A stretch of 64,000 nucleotides of DNA. Origin: Acidobacteriota bacterium (lineage in GTDB: Bacteria; Acidobacteriota; Vicinamibacteria; Marinacidobacterales; SMYC01). Made by a program: the position numbers and the translations under genes. The stretch covers positions 11,020 through 75,019 of the forward strand of contig SMYC01000026.1 in the NCBI GenBank assembly GCA_004356105.1, read 5' to 3'. Shown piece by piece: positions 30,752 through 40,158 of the stretch. The notes under the pieces are model-generated. The model saw nothing but the letters and a program-made list of their open reading frames with translations. It did no database searches and was not told where the DNA came from. Position 1 is the first letter of the stretch, and each line of letters begins with the position of its first letter.

Positions 30752-32635
30752 GTGCTAAAACAGCGCATGCCCCGCGCGCTCATGAAGGAGACCCAAGCTC
30801 TTTTCATTCAGGCAAGCAGGGATTTTGCTGCGACGTGGCCGCGCCTGCTCGGAGCGCATGTCGTCTACCAGAGCGTCGCCTTCGTGTTCCTCACTCCGGT
30901 AGTGGCGCTCGCGTTGCGCGCTTTCGTCTCGTTCTCCGGCGATATCGTGCTCGCCGACGAAGACATCTTGTTCTTTGTCCTCAGCCCATTCGGGTTCGTT
31001 GCTTTCGTGATCGTGGCCTCGGCGAACATCACCCTTTTCACCTTCGAGCAAGCCGCCCTTCTGACCCTCTGCGCCGGTGAGCGTCTCGGCGTGATGGCGG
31101 CGCTTCGCGACGCCACGCGCTATCTCGGCTCCGTCTTTCTTCTTACCGCCCAGCTCGTCGCACGCGTTTTAGTGATAGTGGCCCCTTTTGGGGCGCTCGC
31201 GGCCCTCGTTTACTGGCAGCTTCTCACCGAGTTCGACATCAACTACTACCTGAGCGAAAGGCCGCCTGCGTTTTGGACGGCCGCCGCTATCATCGGCGTG
31301 CTCGTCGCCGGGCTTGCGGGCGTCCTCGTTCCAAAGCTCGTCGGCTGGGCTTTCGCTTTACCGATTCACTTGTTCGAAGGCGTCCGGCCTGCTCTGGCGC
31401 TTCGCGCGAGCGAAACGCGCACGTCGGGCCATCGCGTCGGGCTCGCTGCCGCCTACGTTGCCTGGGCGCTCGGCGGCGCGCTCTTCTCGGCGGTTGCCTT
31501 CGGCATTGGTGCGGGTCTCGGTCGATGGCTCGTCGCGATGTTTCAAAGCTCGATGCTGTTTCTCCCCATTGTCATGGGCGGGCTGTTCCTGCTCGCGAGC
31601 CTCATGAGCCTCGCGCTCACGTGGGTGCAGGCGGCGTTCTTCGTGCTTCTCACGCTACGCCTCTACCAACCAGAGGGGACTTCGTCGCCTTCGTGGGAGG
31701 AGCGAGGCGACGCCAACAGGACCGTCTCTGTGAAATCGCTTCTTGCTGCTCTTGTCGCGGGCACGCTTGTCGCGGGCGTGACCGGGTTCGTGTTGGTCGA
31801 TAGCGTACGGATGGATGACGACGTTCTCGTGATCGCTCATCGCGGAGCCGCCGGGCGTGCTCCGGAGAACACCTTGGCCGCGCTCGCCGCCGCCATCGAA
31901 GACGGCGCCGATCTTCTGGAGATCGACGTTCAGGAAACGATCGACGGCGAGGTCGTCGTCATCCACGACAGCGATTTCATGAAGATCGCCGGCGATCCTC
32001 GCAAAGTCTGGGACATCACCTATGAGGAGACGCGCGCCATAGATATCGGAAGCTGGTTCGCCCCCGAGTTCAGCTCCGAGCGCTTGCCGAGTCTCGAAGA
32101 AGTGCTCGAGCTTGCGCGGGGAAAAGTGCGCGTCGACATCGAGCTGAAATATTACGGGCACGAGGAACAGCTGGAGGAGCGCGTCGTTTCCATCGTGGAA
32201 GATGCGGACATGGTTCCAGAAGTCGTGATCATGTCATTGAGCCAGGCGGCGATTCGCAAAGTACGAACGCTGCGTCCGAGTTGGACGATCGGCCTCCTGA
32301 CGGCGACCGCACTCGGAGACTTGACCCGCGTCGACGCGGACTTTCTCGCGGTGCACACTGGGATGGCGACCTCGCGTTTCGTCCGCGCTGCGCATAAGGC
32401 CGGGAAGGATGTCTTTGTGTGGACCGTGAACGATCCCGTACGCATGTCGAGAATGATCGGCCGGGGCGTTGACGGCATAATCACCGACGAGCCTGCGCTC
32501 GCGAAGCGTGTCCTCGCCGAGCGCGCCGAGCTGAGCTCTCTCGAGCGCTTATTGCTCGAGGCCGCGCTATGGTTGGGAGCGGCCCCGCCCGAGCGGAGTC
32601 CCTCGACCGACGTACCGCCGGAGGCGCTTCTGTGA
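30752..32635 (+). CDS. membrane-anchored glycerophosphodiester phosphodiesterase (GDPD family)
   Basis: About 330 aa polytopic N-terminus, then VIAHRGAAGRAPENTLAA...EIDVQETIDGEVVVIHD (GDPD catalytic blocks). Confidence 0.8.
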   Translation: MLKQRMPRALMKETQALFIQASRDFAATWPRLLGAHVVYQSVAFVFLTPVVALALRAFVSFSGDIVLADEDILFFVLSPFGFVAFVIVASANITLFTFEQAALLTLCAGERLGVMAALRDATRYLGSVFLLTAQLVARVLVIVAPFGALAALVYWQLLTEFDINYYLSERPPAFWTAAAIIGVLVAGLAGVLVPKLVGWAFALPIHLFEGVRPALALRASETRTSGHRVGLAAAYVAWALGGALFSAVAFGIGAGLGRWLVAMFQSSMLFLPIVMGGLFLLASLMSLALTWVQAAFFVLLTLRLYQPEGTSSPSWEERGDANRTVSVKSLLAALVAGTLVAGVTGFVLVDSVRMDDDVLVIAHRGAAGRAPENTLAALAAAIEDGADLLEIDVQETIDGEVVVIHDSDFMKIAGDPRKVWDITYEETRAIDIGSWFAPEFSSERLPSLEEVLELARGKVRVDIELKYYGHEEQLEERVVSIVEDADMVPEVVIMSLSQAAIRKVRTLRPSWTIGLLTATALGDLTRVDADFLAVHTGMATSRFVRAAHKAGKDVFVWTVNDPVRMSRMIGRGVDGIITDEPALAKRVLAERAELSSLERLLLEAALWLGAAPPERSPSTDVPPEALL

Positions 32636-32659
32636 CGCAAGCTTTTCAAGGAGGTAGAT

Positions 32660-34213
32660 ATGCGAACCCTTTACGCCGCGGCGCTTGCCGCGTTATTCGG
32701 ATGGGCCTGCGCTCAAACGCCGATAACGGATACAGACGCGCCCAAGCTGAGGTTCGCGGTGGCGAAGTTTCAGCACGAGACCTGTACGTTTTGTCCAGGC
32801 GGCGACACCGAGATCGCTGACTGGACGAAGCACAGCGAGCCCCTCACGGGCGAAGCGCTTCTCGATTCCGGCAACTATATCCGCGGGTTCACGAAGCGGG
32901 CCCGCGAGCTCGGCGATGTCGAGCTCGTACCGCTGACATCTCCGATCGGGGTCTTCGGCGGCTCATCGCGGAGCTGGAGCACGAAGGAGACGTTCGAGCA
33001 TTTCTTGGATCAGATGATCCGCGAGCTCGAGGCGGCGATGCCGGTTGACGGTGTATACCTCGCGCTTCACGGAGCGATGGCGGTGCGCGACGTGCCGAGA
33101 CCCGAAGCGGAGATCGCACGGCGGTTTCGCGAAGTTGTCGGTCCCGACGTGCCGATAGCGGGCTCGTTCGATCTGCACGGGAACGAGGACGAAGAGTTCC
33201 TGCGCTGGGCGAATTTCGCTTTCGTGACCAAACGCTATCCGCATTACGACGCCTACATTCAGGGAGAGCGTGCGGCGCGCGCGATCCGCCTCGTAGCAAA
33301 GGGCGAGTACACGCCGACGACCGCAACGAGGAAGCCCGGTGTGATCACGGCAACCGTCCACCAATGGACGGGGCAATCGCCATCGATGGACATCATGGAA
33401 CGCGCTCGCCGCTGGGAATCGCGGGAAGACGATGCTTATGTGAGCGTCTTCTACGGCTATCCTTGGTCGGATGTTCCGGACGTGGGTGCGACGGTGCATG
33501 TCATGACGAATGGTAATCAGGCGCTCGCCGATCGCATCGCGGACGACATGGACGCGTTCATCTGGCGCGTGCGCGAGGATTTCGCGGTGGGCGAGTATCC
33601 GCCGCCGGGGCGCGCGGCAGAGCTCGTGAGCGAAGCCGTCGGCAGAGGTGAGACGCCGGTAGCGGTCGGCGATCACAGCGATCGTCCAGGCGACGCGACC
33701 CACATCTTGAAAGCGTTCGAAGCTGCGGGGATCCAGAAAGTTCTGTACGGCACCATCACGTCGCCGCAAACGCTGGACGCGATGGACGAGGCTTCGATGG
33801 CCGAAGGCGATGCGTTCGATATGGAGATTGGCGGTTTCACCCCGTCCGGAGGCACGCCGGCGCGGATTCAGGGAACGGTCGCTTACTTCGGCGAAGGTTT
33901 TGGCTACGAGAAGATCGCGGCTATCGCTTTCGGCGACGGTAACCTCGTCTACATCACACCGACCTACGAGCAAGTGCTCTATCCGGAGGATTTCCGCATC
34001 GGCTCGATCGACCCGGATGCATACGACGTGTTCGTCGTGAAGTCACGCGTCCATTTTCGTAGAGGCTTCGACGAAACGGGCTATGCGAAGACGATAATCG
34101 TGGTCGAAGCCCCGGAGCCTTTCGTCGGAACGACGTTCCTGGACGCGCTCCCTTACGAGCACGTGGACTTAGAGGAGCACTACCCATATGGCGTACCGGC
34201 CCATCGTCGATAG
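32660..34213 (+). CDS. M81 family metallopeptidase (microcystinase MlrC-like; DUF1485+DUF1446)
   Basis: Signal peptide, FAVAKFQHETCTF (MlrC N-terminal motif). 517 aa. AAGGAGG RBS 6 nt upstream. Confidence 0.7.
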   Translation: MRTLYAAALAALFGWACAQTPITDTDAPKLRFAVAKFQHETCTFCPGGDTEIADWTKHSEPLTGEALLDSGNYIRGFTKRARELGDVELVPLTSPIGVFGGSSRSWSTKETFEHFLDQMIRELEAAMPVDGVYLALHGAMAVRDVPRPEAEIARRFREVVGPDVPIAGSFDLHGNEDEEFLRWANFAFVTKRYPHYDAYIQGERAARAIRLVAKGEYTPTTATRKPGVITATVHQWTGQSPSMDIMERARRWESREDDAYVSVFYGYPWSDVPDVGATVHVMTNGNQALADRIADDMDAFIWRVREDFAVGEYPPPGRAAELVSEAVGRGETPVAVGDHSDRPGDATHILKAFEAAGIQKVLYGTITSPQTLDAMDEASMAEGDAFDMEIGGFTPSGGTPARIQGTVAYFGEGFGYEKIAAIAFGDGNLVYITPTYEQVLYPEDFRIGSIDPDAYDVFVVKSRVHFRRGFDETGYAKTIIVVEAPEPFVGTTFLDALPYEHVDLEEHYPYGVPAHRR

Positions 34214-34227
34214 GTGTCGAGGGTAGG

Positions 34228-34509
34228 TCAAGTTGTCGAATCGTCCGATGCACGGAGTTCCTCTTCGACCTGGAGAAGTCGAGATGCAAAGCCTCGAGGG
34301 TTGGTGACGATGACGCCTTCTCGTGTGAACTCCTGGTCGCCGCCGTGGACGAGCATCCGCGCGGAGAGCGGCGTGGAAAGTGTTTCTGAGAGCTTCTGAA
34401 GTCCCTCGAAGAAGCTGCTTCGGACCGTGGCTCCGGCCTTGATCTCGACTCCGACCCGACGATCTGCGAAGGCGCAAACGAGGTCCACTTCGTTGAATGT
34501 AGTATGCAA
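34228..34509 (-). pseudogene. DUF4143 (AAA-ATPase C-terminal domain) fragment
   Basis: EVDLVCAFADRRVGVEIKAGATV matches the DUF4143 core. It is only 93 aa with no ATPase part. Confidence 0.4.
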
Positions 34510-34567
34510 ATAGTACTTTCATATTACATGAACGTGCGTAACGTGTTGAAACTAGGGACCAATTCGC

Positions 34568-36223
34568 TTATCGTGGTAGCGCTGTCGTCCAGTCCATCAC
34601 GACGTTAAGCTCCGGGGGCTCAGGGAGAGGGACGTTCACGAGGATACGCCGGTCCGGGGCCACGTCGTAGCTGACGGCACCATCGAGGTCGAACAAAGCT
34701 ACCGGCTCGCCCGAGCTGAACGTCACGCCGGTATCGACGGGAACCGTGTAGAGGAATCCATCGGTGCCGATGTAGAAGAGCTCGTTGCCGTCGGCGGTCC
34801 ATCGCGGCCGGAGGCCTCCGCCTGTAGAGACCGCCCATTGCCGGCCGCGCTCGGGAAACGAGGTGACGTAGACTTCGTCGCGGCCGCTCTCTCTCGCCCG
34901 GTACGCGATCCACTTGCCGTTCGGCGAGACGAGCGAGATCCATTGGCTTACGCTCGTGTTGTCGGCCACGAGCCGGGGCTTCCAGGCGCCGTCGAGGTGA
35001 TAGATCCTCAGATTCGAGCAGCATCGGACGATGGCTCGCTCGCGCTCCACGACGTCCAAAACGATGCCACTGTTCGGGAAAACGAGCTCGGGCTCCTCGC
35101 CGTCGAAAGCCCGAATCCGGTAGAGCTCATAAGACGAACCGCTGCGTTGCGATGAGAAGAACAGCTCCTGCCCGTCGTCGCTCCAGATGCCGTTGACGTC
35201 GTTTGCCAGGGACGAGGTCAGGCGCACCGGTACGCTCCCGTCGGCGTCGATGAGCCACACGTTTGCTTCTTGCTGAACACGGGTTATCGCTACCTGTGAG
35301 CCATCCGGAGAAATACGGAAGCTGTAGTGCTGTCGGGGTGGGCCGAGCGGGCCCAACGCTCGCCCGTCGCGACCGTACCAGGTGAGCTGCTGGCGGAGGC
35401 CGCCCGACGAGAAGACCATCGTATAGATCCGCGGAGACACTTGCCGCGAGTTGATTGAACCGCGTCACCTCGACTTCGTACGGGAGAGAGACGACGTCAC
35501 CCGATAGGGATAGCGTTCTCGCATCGAAGCGTTGCGCGCGCAGACCCCCGTCACGATGGAAGAGCAAGTAGCCGGGCGCCGCGAGATGGCGTTTGACTCT
35601 GATGGGAGCAGCAAGCGATGCGACATCTCACCGAGATTCCCTAAATACACGCCTCGTGCGCCCTTCTTCACCGAGCGCACGAAAAAGAGGTAGTGCTTGC
35701 CGTCAGGCAGAAACTCAGGAAACAAATGCTCGGTTTCGCTCTCTTCGCGGATGGTGGCCGCCCGCGGTTCGCCGTCGGAGGCATCGAGGCGTTGGATCTC
35801 GGGCCTGTTTCTGGCCCATAGAATGACCCCGTCGGTGTTCCAAGATCCTCCGCGGGACTGAACTGCTAGCTCGCTTACCGTCTCGGCCGCCCCATCGTCA
35901 GCGCTGACTCGCTTGATCTTTCCGTCGGCGAAAAAGCCGACGTAGTCGCCCGACGGAGCCCAGAAGGGAAAAATCGCTCTCTCGGTGCCGTCTACGCGTC
36001 GCATCGAAGAGCCCGAAAGCTCGCGAATCCACAGCCGGACCTCTCCATCCGACTCGTCTTTTGCGACAAAGGCGAGACGGGAGCCGTCGGGAGAAATCGA
36101 GAACGACGGTTGCCTGGCCCAACGGAGCCGATCTTGATCCAGTGGTGTTGTATGCGAAGGCGTCCGGGCGGACCATTGAAGAACTGCTATCCAGAGACGC
36201 CGAGGTCGCGCGGTAGCAGGCAA
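34568..36223 (-). pseudogene. TolB-like PD40 beta-propeller protein (propeller part of the kinase-propeller family), at least two frameshifts, no kinase domain
   Basis: Three overlapping ORFs (35465-36223, 35127-35567, 34568-35440) read through successive PD40 blades and end with the family C-terminus ...ELNVVMDW. Confidence 0.6.
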
Positions 36224-36274
36224 GGTCGTATTGAGGTGGGGTCCTTTCCTGGGACCCGCAGGTAGCGCCGGCGC

Positions 36275-37372
36275 TCAGCTCACGCTTGTCGCGAACCCGG
36301 CCGGGAGCGCGACCTCGAGTAGCTCGAGGTCGTCGGTGCAGTCTGCGAAAGCTGTGCTCATCGATGCGGGCACCACGAAGGCATCGCCCGCGCCGAGGCG
36401 TTCGTCGTCGCCCTCGCTGCGGCGAAGGGTCATCCCGCCCTCGAGCACGAACGTGAAGAGGAACACCGCGTCGTGGCGGACGAGCTCGCCCGAGGGCTTA
36501 CCCGAAAGACGCGCCACCCGGACACTGGCAAGGCCGTTGGTCGCGGCACCAATGCCGATATCTCGAGACTCGAAGCCTTCGATACGGAAGGGCTCCCACG
36601 TCGCCTTGGCGACGTAATGGCAGACCCACTGCTGCCCGCTGAAATCACGCTTCGGGTCTTCTGTCGGTTTCGGCAGCTCCATCTGGTGATCCGCGAAGGT
36701 TTCATGAACGGCGGGGTGGCCGATCTCGATCACTTCGAACGCGCCCGAAGTCTCGAGAACGCGATGCCGGATGAACGGTGGCTGCAACACGCAATCGCCC
36801 GCCTGCATGACGAAGGCTGGCCCCTGGTCTTCATAAAGGACGCGAACCCATCCCTTGTAAATGTAGATCATCTGAAAGCGGATCTTGTGGAAGTGCACGT
36901 AGTCCGGGACCGGACCGGCGTCCGGGACCTGGATGTGAGAAGCGATGAAGGCGCCACCGAGCCGATCAGGAATCAGGTCGCGGTAGCGCATGCCGGCACG
37001 ACCCGCGTGCCAGGGGGCCTCGTCGTCGTTCCGACTCAAGACGAAAGAGGATTTCGTGGGCGGTACGACGAGCGGTGGATTGGCCTCGACGAGCTCGATG
37101 CGGGTCCCGTTCGGAGCCGCGAGCTCGGTGGCACCGTCGGCGACCTTTGAAGGGTCGTCGCACAGAAGGCGAAGCACGCCCGGCGCGCCGTCGCCCCCGC
37201 GCGCCAGCTCGAGACGCACGCCGTATCCTGAGATCACCGCTACCGACGGATCGTCGGCGGGGTGAATCGTCTCGAGGCGAAAGCCCAGCCGGTCGGTGAA
37301 AAAGGCCAGCGTGGCGTCCAGGTCCTTGCAGGGCAATACGATCTGTGCGGCTTCGACTGTTTCTGTAGTCAT
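36275..37372 (-). CDS. VOC (glyoxalase-like) + bicupin domain protein
   Basis: N-terminal AQIVLPCKDLDATLAFFTDRLGFRLE (VOC fold), then two cupin-like beta-barrel segments. Confidence 0.55.
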   Translation of the reverse strand: MTTETVEAAQIVLPCKDLDATLAFFTDRLGFRLETIHPADDPSVAVISGYGVRLELARGGDGAPGVLRLLCDDPSKVADGATELAAPNGTRIELVEANPPLVVPPTKSSFVLSRNDDEAPWHAGRAGMRYRDLIPDRLGGAFIASHIQVPDAGPVPDYVHFHKIRFQMIYIYKGWVRVLYEDQGPAFVMQAGDCVLQPPFIRHRVLETSGAFEVIEIGHPAVHETFADHQMELPKPTEDPKRDFSGQQWVCHYVAKATWEPFRIEGFESRDIGIGAATNGLASVRVARLSGKPSGELVRHDAVFLFTFVLEGGMTLRRSEGDDERLGAGDAFVVPASMSTAFADCTDDLELLEVALPAGFATSVS

Positions 37373-37453
37373 AGTCTCCCGTGCGTCTAGTTCTAGCGCG
37401 CGAAGCCAAGGGTAAGGCTTAGCGGCGGGCTTCCGCAACGATCAAGCCCCAGC

Positions 37454-37873
37454 TCAAGTCGAAGCGTGCGAGATATTATCGCAGGCGATCGGCGTCGTTT
37501 TTCGAGCGTCGTTTTTGTTGCGAGACGGCATAGAAGTCGCGAAGCTCAGAAGACGACTGCGCGCTTCTCGTATGAAGCGAACGCGGCGTGAATGCGTTTG
37601 TGCGAAGAGCTCGAGCTTGTAATCGACGTTGGGCTTGATGTCCTCGGGAGGTTCGGAGGGCCCGGGAAGAGTAAACGTCCAAAGGTCGATCCGTGCGAGC
37701 AGGTCTTCGCGAAAGCGTCCCTCGCGAACGCGTGCGCCGAGACCCCCTGTTGATAAGATTAAGTTACTTGTATTTGAGGCGCTGGCACGGGCTTCGTAAT
37801 AAGGTCTGGCGATAGAAGAAACGCGCGTAACGTGAGAAGGGGAGGCCGTCGGGGCCTCCCCGATTTGCGGCAA
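37454..37873 (-). pseudogene. rtcR: RtcR (sigma-54-dependent regulator of rtcBA) C-terminal remnant
   Basis: GRFREDLLARIDLWTFTLPGPSEPPEDIKPNVDYKLELF aligns almost residue-for-residue with E. coli RtcR (GKFREDLYARINLWTFTLPGLRQRQEDIEPNLDYEV). The CARF and AAA+ sigma-54 interaction domains are absent. Divergent from rtcB as in E. coli. Confidence 0.6.
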
Positions 37874-37884
37874 GGAGAAACGTC

Positions 37885-39126
37885 ATGAGCAAGCGATACG
37901 TCACTATCGATCCTCCGAAAAACGCTCCCGCCGGCCACCCGGTCAAAGCGTGGGTCCGCGGCGTGCCCTTGGATCCCAAAGCGAAGGACCAACTCCTGCG
38001 AACGTCGCAGCTTCCGTTCATCCACCGCTGGGTAGCGGCGATGCCTGACGTGCACTGGGGGCTGGGCGCAACGATCGGAAGCGTCATCCCGACGAAAAAG
38101 GCCATCATCCCCGCGGCCGTGGGTGTTGATATCGGCTGCGGCATGGCCGCCATGCACACGAGCCTCACGGCCTCCGACTTGCCGGATAATCTTGCGCCGC
38201 TCCGCAGCGCGATCGAAAAAGCCGTCCCGCATGGCCGCTCGCATCGCGGTGGCCGTGGCGACCGCGGTGCGTTCGGCAACGTTCCTAAGCGAAACGTCAA
38301 AGCATGGGAAGGTCTGCGAGAAGGCTACGCGCGCATCGTCGCAAAGTATCCGAAGCTCGACCGCAACAACCCGCCAGCGAGCCAGCTCGGCACGCTGGGC
38401 TCGGGAAACCACTTTATCGAGATCTGCTTGGATGAAGAAGAAGACGTTTGGTTCATGCTGCATTCGGGATCCCGCGGTGTCGGAAACCGAACGGGCATGC
38501 ACTTCATTCAGCTTGCACAAAAGGACATGGGGCGTCATCTGCAGAAGCTTCCCGACAAAGACCTCGCTTATTTCGAGGAGGGGAGCGAGCATTTCGACGA
38601 CTACTGGTTCGCGGTGGACTGGGCGCAGCGTTACGCCGCGACCAATCGAGATCTCATGATGGCGGCGGTAACCGAAGCGGTGCGCGACACGAAGCTCGTG
38701 CCGGCTTTCCGTGCGAAAGAGCAAGTCGTGAACTGCCATCACAACTACGTGGCGCGCGAGCGTCACTACGGGGACGATGTCCTGGTGACGCGCAAGGGCG
38801 CGGTCCGAGCCGGGCTCGGCGATCTCGGGATTATTCCTGGCAGCATGGGCGCGCGCTCTTTTATCGTTCGCGGCAAGGGAAACCCCGAGAGCTTCGAGTC
38901 GTGCAGCCACGGCGCCGGCCGCGTCATGTCGCGAACCGCGGCCAAGAAGACGTTCACGCTCGACGATCACGCCAAAGCAACCCAGGGCGTCGAGTGCCGC
39001 AAGGACGCGGGCGTCATCGACGAGACGCCGGCGGCGTACAAGGACATTGACGCGGTGATGGAAGCGCAGAGCGATCTCGTCGAGATCGTCCACCGCCTGA
39101 AGCAGATCGTTTGCGTGAAGGGTTGA
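37885..39126 (+). CDS. rtcB: RNA-splicing ligase RtcB
   Basis: 413 aa. GSGNHFIE and the His/Cys metal ligands are present. AAGGAGA RBS. Confidence 0.92.
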   Translation: MSKRYVTIDPPKNAPAGHPVKAWVRGVPLDPKAKDQLLRTSQLPFIHRWVAAMPDVHWGLGATIGSVIPTKKAIIPAAVGVDIGCGMAAMHTSLTASDLPDNLAPLRSAIEKAVPHGRSHRGGRGDRGAFGNVPKRNVKAWEGLREGYARIVAKYPKLDRNNPPASQLGTLGSGNHFIEICLDEEEDVWFMLHSGSRGVGNRTGMHFIQLAQKDMGRHLQKLPDKDLAYFEEGSEHFDDYWFAVDWAQRYAATNRDLMMAAVTEAVRDTKLVPAFRAKEQVVNCHHNYVARERHYGDDVLVTRKGAVRAGLGDLGIIPGSMGARSFIVRGKGNPESFESCSHGAGRVMSRTAAKKTFTLDDHAKATQGVECRKDAGVIDETPAAYKDIDAVMEAQSDLVEIVHRLKQIVCVKG

Positions 39127-39131
39127 GTACG

Positions 39132-40154
39132 ATGGTACGCCCCATCATGATTGATGGTTCCCAGGGAGAGGGCGGAGGACAGATTCTCCGCTCTTCCTTG
39201 GCGCTTTCGATTGTGACGGGAGAGCCGCTCACGATCGAGAACATCCGGGCGGGTCGCAAGAAGCCCGGGCTTCTCCGCCAGCACCTCACGGCCGTGAAGG
39301 CGGCCGCTCGTATCTCGAACGCGCATGTAGAAGGCGACGCGATCTCTAGCATGGAGCTTTCATTCCACCCGCAAGCTGTGCAGTCGGGTACCTATCACTT
39401 TGCCGTCGGCACCGCGGGCAGCGCGATCCTCGTTCTCCAAACGATTTTGCCAGCCTTGATGTTGGCGGACGGTCCTTCTGAGTTGACGCTCGAAGGCGGC
39501 ACGCACAATCCCTGGGCTCCGCCCTTCGAGTTTCTCACGCGAGCCTTCGCACCCACGATCGAGCGCATGGGGCCGCGACTGCATCTCGAGCTCGTGAAGC
39601 CCGGCTTCTATCCCGCAGGGGGCGGCCGGTTCACCGTGCGCATCGAGCCCGTGGCCGAGCTCAAAGGGCTCACGCTCCTTACGCGCGGCCAGGAAACGCG
39701 CCGTTCCGCGGAAGCGTTACTCGCGCACCTACCCGAGAAGATTGGCGAGCGCGAGCTCGACGTCTTGAAGCGCCGCCTCTCACTTCCCGCCGACGCGGCA
39801 ACCTGCCGCGTCTTGTCCAACTCGGTGGGACCCGGCAACGCGCTCGTACTCACGCTCGAGTTCGAGCGCGCGGTCGAAGTGGTCTCGACGATTGGGCGCA
39901 AAGGCGTGAGTGCGGAGAAGGTCGCCAGTGAAACGGCCGATGTCGCCGAGGCGTTCCTAGCTTCAGAAGCCCCGGTTGGTGTGCATCTCGCGGATCAGTT
40001 ACTGCTCCCGATGGCGATCGCGGGCGGCGGGGCGTTTCGTACCTTGGCGTTGAGCGAGCACGCGCGCACGAATATCGATGTCATCAAGCGCTTTCTCGAC
40101 CGTCCCATCCGTGTACAAGAAGAAGGCGCAACGGTCGTCCTGCGCTTCGATTAG
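39132..40154 (+). CDS. rtcA: RNA 3'-terminal phosphate cyclase RtcA
   Basis: IMIDGSQGEGGGQILRSSLALS N-terminal motif. Immediately downstream of rtcB. Confidence 0.9.
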   Translation: MVRPIMIDGSQGEGGGQILRSSLALSIVTGEPLTIENIRAGRKKPGLLRQHLTAVKAAARISNAHVEGDAISSMELSFHPQAVQSGTYHFAVGTAGSAILVLQTILPALMLADGPSELTLEGGTHNPWAPPFEFLTRAFAPTIERMGPRLHLELVKPGFYPAGGGRFTVRIEPVAELKGLTLLTRGQETRRSAEALLAHLPEKIGERELDVLKRRLSLPADAATCRVLSNSVGPGNALVLTLEFERAVEVVSTIGRKGVSAEKVASETADVAEAFLASEAPVGVHLADQLLLPMAIAGGGAFRTLALSEHARTNIDVIKRFLDRPIRVQEEGATVVLRFD

Positions 40155-40158
40155 AACG

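Noticed and set aside
32963-33973. 336-aa minus-strand ORF
   Set aside because: Antisense to the MlrC-like gene. Shadow ORF.
37759-39093. 444-aa minus-strand ORF overlapping rtcB
   Set aside because: rtcB on the plus strand is unambiguous (GSGNHFIE etc.). The antisense ORF is a GC artefact, apart from its extreme 3' part, which corresponds to the RtcR remnant called separately.
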